Positions 19,570 to 29,503 of a DNA stretch of 64,000 bases are shown piece by piece. The notes under the pieces are model-generated. The model did not search any database, was not told the DNA's origin, and saw only the letters and a list, made by a program, of their open reading frames with translations. Numbering within the stretch: the first letter of the stretch is position 1; each line of letters starts with the position of its first letter. A program made the position numbers and the translations under genes. Source of the stretch: Thermodesulfobacteriota bacterium (GTDB lineage Bacteria; Desulfobacterota; Desulfarculia; JACQYL01); assembly GCA_963675595.2 (NCBI GenBank), contig CAXXLZ010000001.1, forward strand, positions 832,001 through 896,000, given 5' to 3'.

Positions 19570-22446
19570 TTAAGGCAGCTGCATCTCAAGATAGCCATAG
19601 GAAGTCGCGGGAGCCAAAACCGCGAAGAAGTTTAATCCAGGCTCGTCGGCGTTGATTGAGTCCAAGGTAATAGCGGATGGTTTAAAAACAACGCCCTCCG
19701 CGGCGGCGGATAAGTAACCAGCCCATCCCGATGCCACGGTGAAGGAGTAGGTGCCGTTCGAGTCGGTGACGAATTCGTCTATTGGCAGTGCGACATCCCT
19801 TTCGTAGAGCCTGAGAATTGCTCCCTCCATCGGCAGACCGGCGAGGTCAAAAACCGTACCGGAGATTTCGGGATCGTAGGATGATAGGGAAGAAGCATGG
19901 AAGTCACGGCCGGTTTGGTCTGTGATGACGGAGTCAAAAACGATGGTCGCCTGCTGAAAAACGTATCCGTGGGCACCCACAGTGACGGACCCGGACCATG
20001 CGTAAGATACGGTGAATGAGTACCTGCCGTTCGTATCGGTGACGAATTCGTCTATTGGCAGTGCGACATCCCTTTCGTAGAGCCTGAGAATTGCTCCCTC
20101 CATCGGCAGACCGGCGAGGTCAAAAACCGTACCGGAGATTTCGGGATCGTAGGATGATAGGGAAGAAGCATGGAAGTCACGGCCGGTTTGGTCTTTGATG
20201 ACGGAGTTAAAAACGATGGTCGCCTGCTGAAAAACGTACCCGTGGGCACCCACGGTGACGGACCCGGACCATGCGTAAGATACGGTGAATGAGTACCTGC
20301 CGTTCGTGTCGGTGACGAATTCGTCCACCGGCACTTCCTTTTCGTATATCACGACGGTTGCGCCTGCCAGTGGCTGGCCGGAGGGGTCATAGACCGTACC
20401 GGAGATTTCCGGAACGTCGGATGACGAGAAAGAGGCTTGGAAGTCGTTTCCGGGCTGATCGGCGGTGACCGAGCTGAGCTGGAGGGTCGCCTGCGGAAAC
20501 ACATACCCTTCTGCTCCAACGGTGATGGATCCGGACCATGCGTAGGGCACAATGAAAGAATACTCGCCGTCGGTTTCAGTGACGAACTCGTTCACCGGTG
20601 CGACAATACCCTGATCGTAACGTCTTACCGTGGCACCTTCCAACGGGCTTCCGCTCGGTGCATAGACGATTCCCGAAACTATAAGATCAGCTTCGCCTCC
20701 TTGTAGCACGGAAAAATCCTGCCCAGATTGATCCACTGCCACGCCGCTGTAAATTATAGAGGATGGAGAAAAGGTGTAGTCGTTGGAAATCGGCGTTACC
20801 TCTCCCGTCCAGCCCGAAGGCACCCCTTTTTCATAGTAACCGAGTGCATCGGTTTTGGCGAATTCCGCAGTGGCCGATACAATAACCGTGATATCCTCGA
20901 ACTTGACGGAAATGGCGGACAAGCCCGTTCCGTTGTGGGTTATTCGCCCTCCAATGGTCACCGTGTCGGCCACGGCGGTGAAATTCCGGTTTGTTTGATC
21001 GGAAGCCAGGTCTTCATACGAATAGGCGGGCGGCGTGAACGCGTATCCGGATTTGGAGGGCGTCAAGTTTCCCGTCCAGCCCTTCGTCACCTGGATCGTA
21101 AACAGGCCTGCTTCGTCGGTGAGAACGGCCCCCCCGTCGTAATCCAATCGGACCTGTTTGAGCCCCACGCCTTGGTAGGTCACTTTGCCCGAAATCGTAA
21201 GGACTTCCCCCGCCGGGCCTGCCAGGAAATCCTGTTGGGAAACGTCCGATGTTAATCCCGTCAGTACAATGGAGGACGGGGTGAAACTGAAGCCGTTGAG
21301 TTCAGGAGTCACCGTGCAGTTGCCCGAAGGAGGCGCGAGAAGAAAATAATGGCCCGTCAGATCGGTTTCATCCACGTCCACGGTGCTTCCATTGAGGCAC
21401 GACACCGTGACTTCCGGGACGCCGATATCGGATGCTCCCTCGCGCACGGTTCCGGAGACCACGGGTCCTGAAGCCGTCACCTGGATGTAGTTGGACGCGG
21501 TCAGTCGATACTGAGCGCTTCCATCGCCCAGCACCAGGGAAACGTCGTAGGAACCGGGTTGTGTGTAGACGTGGGATGGGTCACGTTCCGTGCTCTGGGT
21601 CCCGTCCCCCAGACGCCAGGACCAGGAAGACAGGGGGAGGAAGGATTCATCCATGAACTCGACTTGAAGAGGGGCGGTCCCGGCCCTTGGCGTGGCCGAC
21701 CAGCTCAGGTCCAAGGCCGGGGGGGCGAAAACTCTGAGTATCTCGTACGAAGCGGGGTCGGACTGCTCACCCGTATCGGAAACCGTGCCGCCGATGGTGA
21801 CGGTTCCCGGTTCGGTCATGCTGAAGTTCCAGGTGAGTCGTTCGCTCTGGTCCTCCAGGTTGAGAGCCGTGAAACCGAAATCGGAAAACGTGGACAGGAA
21901 AACCCGATAACGAACCAAATCGAAGGTGTAGATGACAAGAGTGGAGCCCGTCTCATAGTCCTGGACATACATGTTGAGACCGGCCGAGTTGTCTTTCCAG
22001 ATTCCGGAATGAGGGGTTCGAACCGCCTTGAACACCCGCTCTATTCCGAACTCCGTGGTTGCCGGACTCCCGGAGGACCAGTCCGTGATGACGGCGCTCG
22101 CCCCGTTCTCGGAGGAAAACTCGATCATGAGGTTGGTGGGATCGCCGGGATCTAGCGCATCCGCCTGGAAGGTCTCACCTGATATATTGGCCAGGAAGGC
22201 GTGGTAGTCACCAAGGGACGCCGTGTAGATCACGATGGTGGAACCGGTGGAGTAGTGTTGCACGTAGAAGTTGTGAACCTGCCCTAGATCGGAGTCTTTC
22301 CAGATGCCCTGGTATGCGGCCCAAACGGGTTCGGTTGCCAACAGGTTCGAGGCCGTCGCCAAGACGATCAACACGATGGCGTACCAGTATGCTTTCTTTC
22401 GCTTTTGGTGAAGGAAACGTGGATGAGGTTTCTGGCTGGACACCAC
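19570..22446 (-). CDS. Large secreted/surface protein: two unknown N-terminal domains, PKD domain, about 7 carboxypeptidase-regulatory-like beta-sandwich repeats
   Basis: Signal-like KRKKAYWYAIVLIVLA; PKD motif GTAPLQVEF..SWSWRLGDG..PSHVYTQPGSYDVSL; repeated ISGTV...TD.NG.YSF units. The ORF-track start lies inside the IS; a GTG at 22446 with GGAAGG upstream is more plausible. Confidence 0.8.
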   Translation of the reverse strand: MVSSQKPHPRFLHQKRKKAYWYAIVLIVLATASNLLATEPVWAAYQGIWKDSDLGQVHNFYVQHYSTGSTIVIYTASLGDYHAFLANISGETFQADALDPGDPTNLMIEFSSENGASAVITDWSSGSPATTEFGIERVFKAVRTPHSGIWKDNSAGLNMYVQDYETGSTLVIYTFDLVRYRVFLSTFSDFGFTALNLEDQSERLTWNFSMTEPGTVTIGGTVSDTGEQSDPASYEILRVFAPPALDLSWSATPRAGTAPLQVEFMDESFLPLSSWSWRLGDGTQSTERDPSHVYTQPGSYDVSLVLGDGSAQYRLTASNYIQVTASGPVVSGTVREGASDIGVPEVTVSCLNGSTVDVDETDLTGHYFLLAPPSGNCTVTPELNGFSFTPSSIVLTGLTSDVSQQDFLAGPAGEVLTISGKVTYQGVGLKQVRLDYDGGAVLTDEAGLFTIQVTKGWTGNLTPSKSGYAFTPPAYSYEDLASDQTNRNFTAVADTVTIGGRITHNGTGLSAISVKFEDITVIVSATAEFAKTDALGYYEKGVPSGWTGEVTPISNDYTFSPSSIIYSGVAVDQSGQDFSVLQGGEADLIVSGIVYAPSGSPLEGATVRRYDQGIVAPVNEFVTETDGEYSFIVPYAWSGSITVGAEGYVFPQATLQLSSVTADQPGNDFQASFSSSDVPEISGTVYDPSGQPLAGATVVIYEKEVPVDEFVTDTNGRYSFTVSYAWSGSVTVGAHGYVFQQATIVFNSVIKDQTGRDFHASSLSSYDPEISGTVFDLAGLPMEGAILRLYERDVALPIDEFVTDTNGRYSFTVSYAWSGSVTVGAHGYVFQQATIVFDSVITDQTGRDFHASSLSSYDPEISGTVFDLAGLPMEGAILRLYERDVALPIDEFVTDSNGTYSFTVASGWAGYLSAAAEGVVFKPSAITLDSINADEPGLNFFAVLAPATSYGYLEMQLP
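19763..20690. repeat. Intragenic tandem repeats of about 273 bp (91 aa)
   Basis: TCGGTGACGAATTCGTC recurs at 19763, 20036 and 20309, with a variant at 20576. The first two units are nearly identical. Confidence 0.9.
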
Positions 22447-22598
22447 TCTTAAAAGCCTTCCAATTCGGCTGCAAAACTCTTTTTTATCAATATCATAGGC
22501 GGGACAACGCCTTACATTATCCACACAGTAAATCGTTGTCAAGCTCATCGAGACTGTCAAGCCCCCGGTTTTTGGTCCAGCAATTATGAGAGTTTTTC

Positions 22599-23501
22599 TC
22601 AAGGCCCTGTGATTTCTTTGCTTGGTCCTTGGGGCATCGGCGAAGCCGAGCAAAGCGAGGCGGAGTCGATGCCCCAAGGATCGGCCGCGAACCGGGCCGG
22701 GGTCATATAATTCAACGCACTGTGCGGTCTTTCCTCGTTATAGGCTTTCCTCCATTTGGCGGACAGAATTTGCGCTTCCTTGATATTATTGAAGACCTCC
22801 ACGTTCAAAAATTCGTCCCGAAATCGGCTGTTGAAGCTTTCCACATAGCCGTTCTGCCAGGGAGCCCCCGGTTCGATGAATAGGGCTTCCACTTCCAGGT
22901 CTTTCAGCCAATTTCTCACCCTCTTGGCTATGAATTCCGGACCGTTATCCGATCGAATCCCTTTTGGAACTCCCCGCACGCCCATTAACCGACTTAGTTC
23001 GTCCAAAACCTCATCACCCGTGATGGAACGGTCGATCCTCAAGGCCAGGTTTTCCCGTGTAAACTCGTCGACAATGGCCAAGCACTTGAACTGACGGCCG
23101 TCGGCCAGGCGATCATGAATGAAATCCAACGTCCAGACATCATTTGGAAAAGTCGCCTTTCGTTTGTTGCACGCGTTGGCATCGACTCCCAGGAATCGTT
23201 TCTTCCGGGCTCTTCGAGGCACCTTGAATCCTTCTCGTTTCTAAAGTCGGTGGACTCGCTTGTAGTTCACTACCCATCCCGCTTCACGCAGCAGACGGGT
23301 GATCCGACGACATCCAAAACGAGGATGCTCTCCAACCAACCGGTGAAGGTCCTTGATCAATTCCTCCTCCTCATCCAACTCCTTCGGCCGATAACGTTGG
23401 GTGGATCGATGTTGGCCGGTTATTCGACAGGCCCGACGCTCTGAAGCCGCATGTTCCCTTCGAACATGCTCAACCGCTTTCCTGCGACGCGCCGGGCTTA
23501 G
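22599..23501 (-). pseudogene. IS3 OrfB with an in-frame amber stop
   Basis: KRVHRL*KREGFKVP: TAG at about 23241-23243, where the other copies have TGG (W). Confidence 0.85.
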
Positions 23502-23779
23502 AAGTTTCCCTCCGCAAGGTCCTTGAGCATTGCTTTGTCCAACATCAGGTCGGCCACCAGCTTCTTCAAACGGGCATTCTCTCTTTCCAGTTGCTTGAGC
23601 CTCTTAGCCTCCTCAGCCTTCATACCCCCATACTGGTTTCGCCATCGGTGGTACGTCGCCTCGCTCACCTCCAGGAACTGGCAGACCTGCGCTATGGTCT
23701 GCCCAGCGGTCAGCCGACGGTCCGCTTCTTCCAGTTTCCGCACAATTTGCTCCGCGCTATGTCTCTTTCGCTTGGCCAT
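23498..23779 (-). CDS. IS3 OrfA
   Basis: Close homologue of the other OrfA copies; ends EGNF. Confidence 0.92.
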   Translation of the reverse strand: MAKRKRHSAEQIVRKLEEADRRLTAGQTIAQVCQFLEVSEATYHRWRNQYGGMKAEEAKRLKQLERENARLKKLVADLMLDKAMLKDLAEGNF

Positions 23780-23856
23780 GCAATCCGTCTCCTTCCCTTT
23801 TCTTGGGCTTCAGACTCTCATTATACATGGACCAATTATCGGGAGGCATTCCAAGA

Positions 23857-25681
23857 CTGCCATCCTCGGTGTTCAAATTTGGGTCTCGTTGGGGTGCTTT
23901 TTGTGTATGGATTGATGCAACGAGACGTGGGTGCGCGAAGGGCTGCTCGCAGCAATTCCCGGTGAAAAAGATAGTCGGCGAAGCCGAGGGACATAAGGCT
24001 GATTCGAGAATATTTTTTCGTAAAGCGGCGATGCCGGTTCGAGTACAGCCTTCTTTCGGAAGGATCATAACCTATTGGAATTAGCTATGAAATTAAAGTA
24101 GATCTTTTGGCGTATATATGGTAGCCTTTATTAGATTGAATACTATATGTGGAGGTTACCAGGGTGCACATGAAGAAGCACCTCAGCTTCGTGTCTTTGA
24201 GAAAGGCGCTGTCCCGTCGGTTCGAGCAGGTCGGGGACCCGCGAGGGGGACGGACGGTTTATTCTTTGCACGATTGTCTGATGAGCGCCTTTGCCATGAT
24301 GTACTTTCAGGACCCCTCGCTCCTGCAGTTCCAACGCAGACTGAAGGAACGGACCCACCGCGACAACCTCAAGACCTTGTTCTCCGTGACGGAGATGCCC
24401 GGGGACACGCAACTGCGGGACGTGATCGACGCGAGTGATCCGGGAGAGATCAAGGCCGTCTTCTCCGATTTCTTCCGACGCTTGCAGCGAGGCAAGCATC
24501 TGGAATCGTTTCAGGTTCTCGATGGCCGATACCTCATTGTGATCGACGGGTCGGAATATTTCTCCTCGGAAACCATCCATTGTCCCGGATGTCTAGTTGA
24601 AAAATCCTCCAAAGGACGGATTCGCTACCACCATCAAATCCTGCAAGCGGCTCTGGTCCACCCGGATCGCCGTCAAGTCGTGCCTTTGGCTCCGGAATCG
24701 ATCCAGAACAAGGATGGAGTCCAAAAACAGGATTGTGAGATCAACGCGGGGAAGCGGATATTGAAAGCCATCCGCCGGGACCATCCCAAACTCAACATCA
24801 TTATCGGCGGTGACGGACTGTATTCCAAACAGCCTTTCATCGCCGAGCTGAAGCGGGCGAGCATGTCCTTTGTGCTGGTCGCCAAACCCGCGGACCACAA
24901 AGTGCTCTTCGAGTGGATCGAAGAACTCCGGGGGATGCAAGAAATCGCGGGCCTGGAGGTCACCGACGACAAGAAACGGGTGCATAGCTACGAATGGGTC
25001 CATGGCGTGCCTCTCAACGGAAACGAAGATGCCCCCGACCTCCATTTTTTTGCCTACCGTCTGGAGAATGGAGGAAAGATCACCTACCGGAACAGCTGGG
25101 TCACGGACATGCCGGTTGACGCGGAAAACGTGGCGGAACTGGTCAGGATCGGCAGAGCCCGATGGAAAATCGAAAACGAAGGATTCAATACACTGAAGAA
25201 CCAAGGGTATCATATCGAGCACAATTTCGGTCACGGCAAGAATCAACTCTCTTACGTCTTTTTCCTTCTGAACTTGCCGGCTTTTTTCTTCCATCAGATT
25301 TTCGAGTTGACGGACCCCTTGTACCAAAAATGCCGGGCGGGATTCAGTGCTCGAACCGAGTACTGGAATTAGCTGCGTTGCACGATCCGGATTCTGGTAT
25401 TCGAGTCGTGGGAAGACCTGTTGGCTTTGGTCCTGGACCCCGAAAGCGCCCGTCCCCCCTGAGGCGAAAAGGCTTCCTATAACCCATCGGTCACAAACAA
25501 AGGTCCGAACTTTGATGGGACCGGTGCGCCTTCGGTCCAAAAAAATCCGGTCTTCCCTCTGCCTCACCACGCTTTTTCCCCTCTCATGCGCAAAATCGGA
25601 CCCTCATTCCACCTATCCTCCATCTCTACAAAGGCAAAATCTCCCTAAACACACCCAAATTCTCAACACCGAGAATCGCTG
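23857..25681 (+). mobile_element. ISNCY/ISAs1-like DDE element
   Basis: Imperfect IRs CTGCCATCCTCGGTGTTCAAATTTGGGT and ACCCAAATTCTCAACACCGAGAATCGCTG. No clear TSD. Confidence 0.7.
24170..25462 (+). pseudogene. DDE transposase with a premature TAG about 30 codons from the end
   Basis: IVIDGS, GGDGLY, RARWKIENEGFNTLKNQGYHIEHNFGHG. After TAG at 25370-25372 the frame continues LRCTIRILVFESWEDLL...ARPP* to 25462. Confidence 0.75.
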
Positions 25682-25698
25682 GCTGCTCGCTTTGATCC

Positions 25699-25727
25699 TT
25701 GACGGAAAGGCGCCAAATCTCTATGCT
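25699..25727 (+). promoter_or_regulatory. Putative sigma70 promoter, probably for the Wzz-like gene
   Basis: TTGACG-N17-TATGCT in the short non-IS spacer. Confidence 0.45.
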
Positions 25728-25849
25728 CGCCTTTTCGTGAATCATAGTGGAAGGACCATTCCAGTCTCGGACTCTGGGGCGTCGGATCCGTCGATGACTC
25801 CTTCACTTTCTGACAGAGATCGGCCCTGATTAGGACAGCTTACCTACTC

Positions 25850-27516
25850 CCTGAATCCGTGAAGTGACCACTATGCGATTACTGGAGCTTATCGCGTAAC
25901 TAGTTGATAGGTGGAGTGATTTCTGTAATAGTGTTGCCTGTTATCAATTCACTCAACAGGTGAAGGCTATGCAGAAAATTACCATCGAAAGGTCTGAGAC
26001 CGAGTTTTATACGGCGCATTCGGGACTGTCCCTGGCTGGACTTCTGATCAACCACCACACGGAGTTGTGTGGGAAGTCCGACTTGGCCGTTCCCGGCATG
26101 CCGAGCGTGTCTCATTCGGATGTGTTGAAGAGCTACCTGGGATTGCTTTGCATCGGCAAGAGCGATTTCGAGGCGGTGGCCGGGATGCGGCACAGCGATT
26201 GGTTCAAGGCGTCGCTGGACATCCGGAGGGTGCCCTCGAAAGAGACCTTGCGACAACGTTTGGACAAGAACGCGGAGCTGCTTAAGGATATCGTCAATGC
26301 GAGTTCCATCGAGATGCTTAAAGCGGTGAAAGCGTCGGTCACCGCCGGATTCATGGGACATGTTCCTCTCGATATCGACGTGTTTCCCATGGACAACTCG
26401 GATACCAAAAAAGAAGGGGTTTCCCGAACATACAAGGGCTATGACGGGTATGCGCCCATAGCGGCGTACCTTGGCGAAGAAGGTTGGTGCATCGGTCTTG
26501 AGCTTCGTGAAGGCAGCCAACATAGTCAGAAAGAACTTGTTCCCTTCCTGGCTCGGGTGATTCAACGGGCGCGGGAGTTGACGGGAAAAACCCTTTTGGT
26601 GCGCCTCGATGCCGCCCACTGCGCGTTGGAGACCTTGGCGGCGCTCCGTCAACACAGGAAGGTCTTCTTCGTGGTCAAGTGGAATCCCCGGAAAGAGGAC
26701 CCTCAGGCTTGGCGTGACCGAATCTTTGCCAAAGGCAAAGTGACTCTGCCGCGACCGGGCAAGAAGGTGGCCGTGATGACGGTCCGCGAGACGTGTGAAG
26801 TCCAAGGGAAGAAGATGCGATTCATGCGGGTGATGCGGGTGACGGAACGCACCATGGATCGGCACGGACAAAGGCTGTTGCTGCCGGAGGTTACGTTGGA
26901 AGGATGCTGGACCAACCTGGTTCTGTCCGAGGAACGGATCATCCGGTTGTACGAGGAGCATGGGACGAGCGAGCAGTTTCACAGCGAAATCAAGACCGAT
27001 CTCGATATGGAAAGGCTGCCGTCGGGCAAGTTCGCCACCAACGCCCTGGTGTTGACGTGCGCAGGCATGGTCTACAATATCCTGCGTGTTATCGGTCAGT
27101 TCGGACTGCTCGGCGACCATTCCCCGGTGCGGCATCCGGCAAAACGCCGCCGCATCCGCACCGTCATTCAGGAGCTCATGACGATTGCGGGGCGATTCAT
27201 CAGGACGGGACGTCGGCTGATCCTGCGCCTGGGTCGCCATTGTCCAGCCTATGAGGCGTTTGTGGATGTGCATTCGCGGCTGTCTCCCGGATAATCCGGG
27301 TTCTGATGACCCGTTTCGTGACCGAAACTGAGGCTTGAAAGGCCGGCTATGCCCTGACCCGTTGAAAAACTGCTCGCTTGCCCACAATCGGCAGCTGAAG
27401 GCATAATAACGACATCAATACTTTTTTAAGCGCCTATCGGACCGGGGAAATCATCCGAAAAAATGCTCTCAAAACCGGCCAAACAGCTTACAGCCAAATT
27501 AGTTCACTGATCCAGG
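25850..27516 (+). mobile_element. IS1380-family element
   Basis: IRs CCTGAATCCGTGAAGT and AGTTCACTGATCCAGG. TSD TACTC at 25845-25849 and 27517-27521. Confidence 0.92.
25969..27294 (+). CDS. IS1380-family transposase
   Basis: PLDIDVFPMDNS..KKEGVSRTYKG; LVRLDA; HGTSEQFHSEIKTDLDMERLPSGKF. Confidence 0.92.
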   Translation: MQKITIERSETEFYTAHSGLSLAGLLINHHTELCGKSDLAVPGMPSVSHSDVLKSYLGLLCIGKSDFEAVAGMRHSDWFKASLDIRRVPSKETLRQRLDKNAELLKDIVNASSIEMLKAVKASVTAGFMGHVPLDIDVFPMDNSDTKKEGVSRTYKGYDGYAPIAAYLGEEGWCIGLELREGSQHSQKELVPFLARVIQRARELTGKTLLVRLDAAHCALETLAALRQHRKVFFVVKWNPRKEDPQAWRDRIFAKGKVTLPRPGKKVAVMTVRETCEVQGKKMRFMRVMRVTERTMDRHGQRLLLPEVTLEGCWTNLVLSEERIIRLYEEHGTSEQFHSEIKTDLDMERLPSGKFATNALVLTCAGMVYNILRVIGQFGLLGDHSPVRHPAKRRRIRTVIQELMTIAGRFIRTGRRLILRLGRHCPAYEAFVDVHSRLSPG

Positions 27517-27568
27517 TACTCTTAATTCAGAATTGCTATGTTCCATTGGTTCAACCAGGAGAAACCCT

Positions 27569-28732
27569 GTGAGCGAAACGTCCAATCGATGTGAATCGGG
27601 CTCCATCGATCTCATCCAAATCGTGTCCATGGTAATCCGGAGAAAAAAGAGCGTTTTCTTCACGGCATTGACGTGTTTCCTGATTGCCGTAGCGTATATC
27701 GCACTGGTGCCCCGCGAGTATGAAGTTTCAGCTCAGCTTCGGCCCGGAGTCGTGGGATATGACAATCAGGGCAACTCCGTTAAGGGATGGATCGAACGGG
27801 ACATCATCTCATGGATCAATGATGCGCAATACTTCTTCCTCTTTTCAGAAGAAGGCCAAAAGGCAAGACAGATTCTCAGTCTGAACCTGAAGTCCAAGTA
27901 CGACCGAGGGGGAGGGGTAATCAAGGTCTTTGCCCAAAGCAGGAATCCCGAGCGTACCAAGGAACTCATAGACGATATTTTCATGACAGCCTTTAAATAT
28001 TACAAAAAGAACGACCCGGTCATCTCTCTGTCTCGATCGAGGATGATGAAGAATATCGGAAGCCTAAAAAGCAAACTCGAGTTGACGAAAAGCATGGACG
28101 AAAAATCCATCGATCTAAATATAGCGAGCAAAAAGAAGTCAGTGGAGTTACTCTGGTCCCAGGTTAGACTACTTGATCAAAAGCAAGCTTCCACGGAGGC
28201 CACGATTCGATCACTTTCGGATCGGATCAACAGCACGCATGCAAACACGGAAAAGCTTATTCAACTGCGTGACCAAGTGCTGTCCGAGAAGCCCGGTGAC
28301 GCCCTCTCTTCCCTGATGTATGCGAATACCATCCAGCAGAACCTTTCTTATTTGACTCAGCTCCAGGTTGATATCAACGGCCTGAAGAATGAGGCGTTGG
28401 GCTGCAAGAGCCAAAAAGACGAGCTCGAGCAGCAAATTGGCGGCATTCAGAAGGAAATTGGGGAATTGATGTTAGAGAAAACGGAGAAACTGAGAAACGT
28501 TCGGGAGAATATCAGAAAAGACATCTCCGTGTTGGAGGAGCAAATCACCAGTCTCACACCCTTCGAAGTGGTTACGCCTAGTACGATTATTCCTAAGCCC
28601 GTGTCACCGAAGGTGGTCGTTACGCTGGCTCTCGGCCTCGTGGTGGGAAGCAGTCTTGGAATTCTCTTTGCCTTGTTGTTCGAGGCCTGGGGCCGTAGGA
28701 AACCGGAGCCGAGCCGGGGGCCGGAGGCGTAA
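27569..28732 (+). CDS. Wzz-like polysaccharide chain-length determinant
   Basis: IDLIQIV...TM1; long coiled coil; Pro-rich PKPVSPK followed by a Gly-rich TM2. RBS AGGAG before GTG. Confidence 0.85.
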   Translation: MSETSNRCESGSIDLIQIVSMVIRRKKSVFFTALTCFLIAVAYIALVPREYEVSAQLRPGVVGYDNQGNSVKGWIERDIISWINDAQYFFLFSEEGQKARQILSLNLKSKYDRGGGVIKVFAQSRNPERTKELIDDIFMTAFKYYKKNDPVISLSRSRMMKNIGSLKSKLELTKSMDEKSIDLNIASKKKSVELLWSQVRLLDQKQASTEATIRSLSDRINSTHANTEKLIQLRDQVLSEKPGDALSSLMYANTIQQNLSYLTQLQVDINGLKNEALGCKSQKDELEQQIGGIQKEIGELMLEKTEKLRNVRENIRKDISVLEEQITSLTPFEVVTPSTIIPKPVSPKVVVTLALGLVVGSSLGILFALLFEAWGRRKPEPSRGPEA

Positions 28733-29267
28733 TTCGGAATTTGCTGGTTTGGTTTACAGTGCCGGAGGGACTTCGGGTGCCATGCACGGGTTCTGCTTCA
28801 TTCCCCAGTGAGGCATATGTTTTCGTACAACCAAGGCGTCTACTGAAGCCCTGAATTCTCCCGGCCCAATTGGGTATCTTTTGCCCTTTGGCTGGTCCCC
28901 CGGTGTTTTGCCTTTCTTCCCGCCATGCGATGCTTCCGCCCACGGACGAGCGCGCCTTCCAACGGCTGGCGGTGATATGCGCCTCCCAAGAGCCGACCCT
29001 TGCTGATGTCTTTGCCTCAACCGGGTTTTTTTCTTCAATAACGATAAGTCTCGGAAGGAAGGCGATAATGCATGAAGTAAAGCGAATGTTGGGTGAAATG
29101 GGAGGTTTGGCCTCGATCATGAGTAAATAGCGGACATAGAGGTCGTTTATTTCAGTCCTTTTGGGCCGTTAAGGACTTGCCCCGGAAAAGATGAGGCCGT
29201 TCCAGGCATTTTGGGGTGTAATGCCGTGTTCCCTAATGTATAATTCCCGGACGGGTCTTCCCAGTGT

Positions 29268-29385
29268 GCTGTTGAAAGACGCGATCTGCGGTGCTGCGAG
29301 TTATCCCGCGTCACTGCGGCGTACGCTATGTACGCCCTCGTTCCTCGGGATTTTCGCGCCCCGCATCTCTTCCTTTACCAACGGC
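29268..29385. repeat. Palindromic intergenic repeat (MITE/REP-like), copy A
   Basis: GATCTGCGG..TGCG..TTATCCC.CGTCACTGCG.CGTAC shared with 44093-44211; internally self-complementary. Confidence 0.7.
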
Positions 29386-29503
29386 CCGCCGTGGAGGGAA
29401 CTCCATCGGGAATTCTTCCGAACGCAGGGACTGCGGGCTCTCAGTCGTTTCCGCCGGCGCCGGCCGACGATCAACTCGTTGTAACAAGAGAACATAGGCG
29501 GCG

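Larger units (their letters stand above)
22555..23853 (-). mobile_element. Divergent isoform of the IS3 element (copy 4)
   Basis: TGTCAAGCCCCC...GGGAGGCATTCCA. TSD AGAC at 22551-22554 and 23854-23857. Confidence 0.93.

Noticed and set aside
22447-22677. N-terminal extension of the 1035-aa ORF
   Set aside because: It runs into the IS3 element and is probably a read-through artefact.
28750-28870. Possible 6S-like or other ncRNA (partly complementary ends)
   Set aside because: Pairing is weak and there is no diagnostic motif or typical gene context. An Rfam search would be needed.
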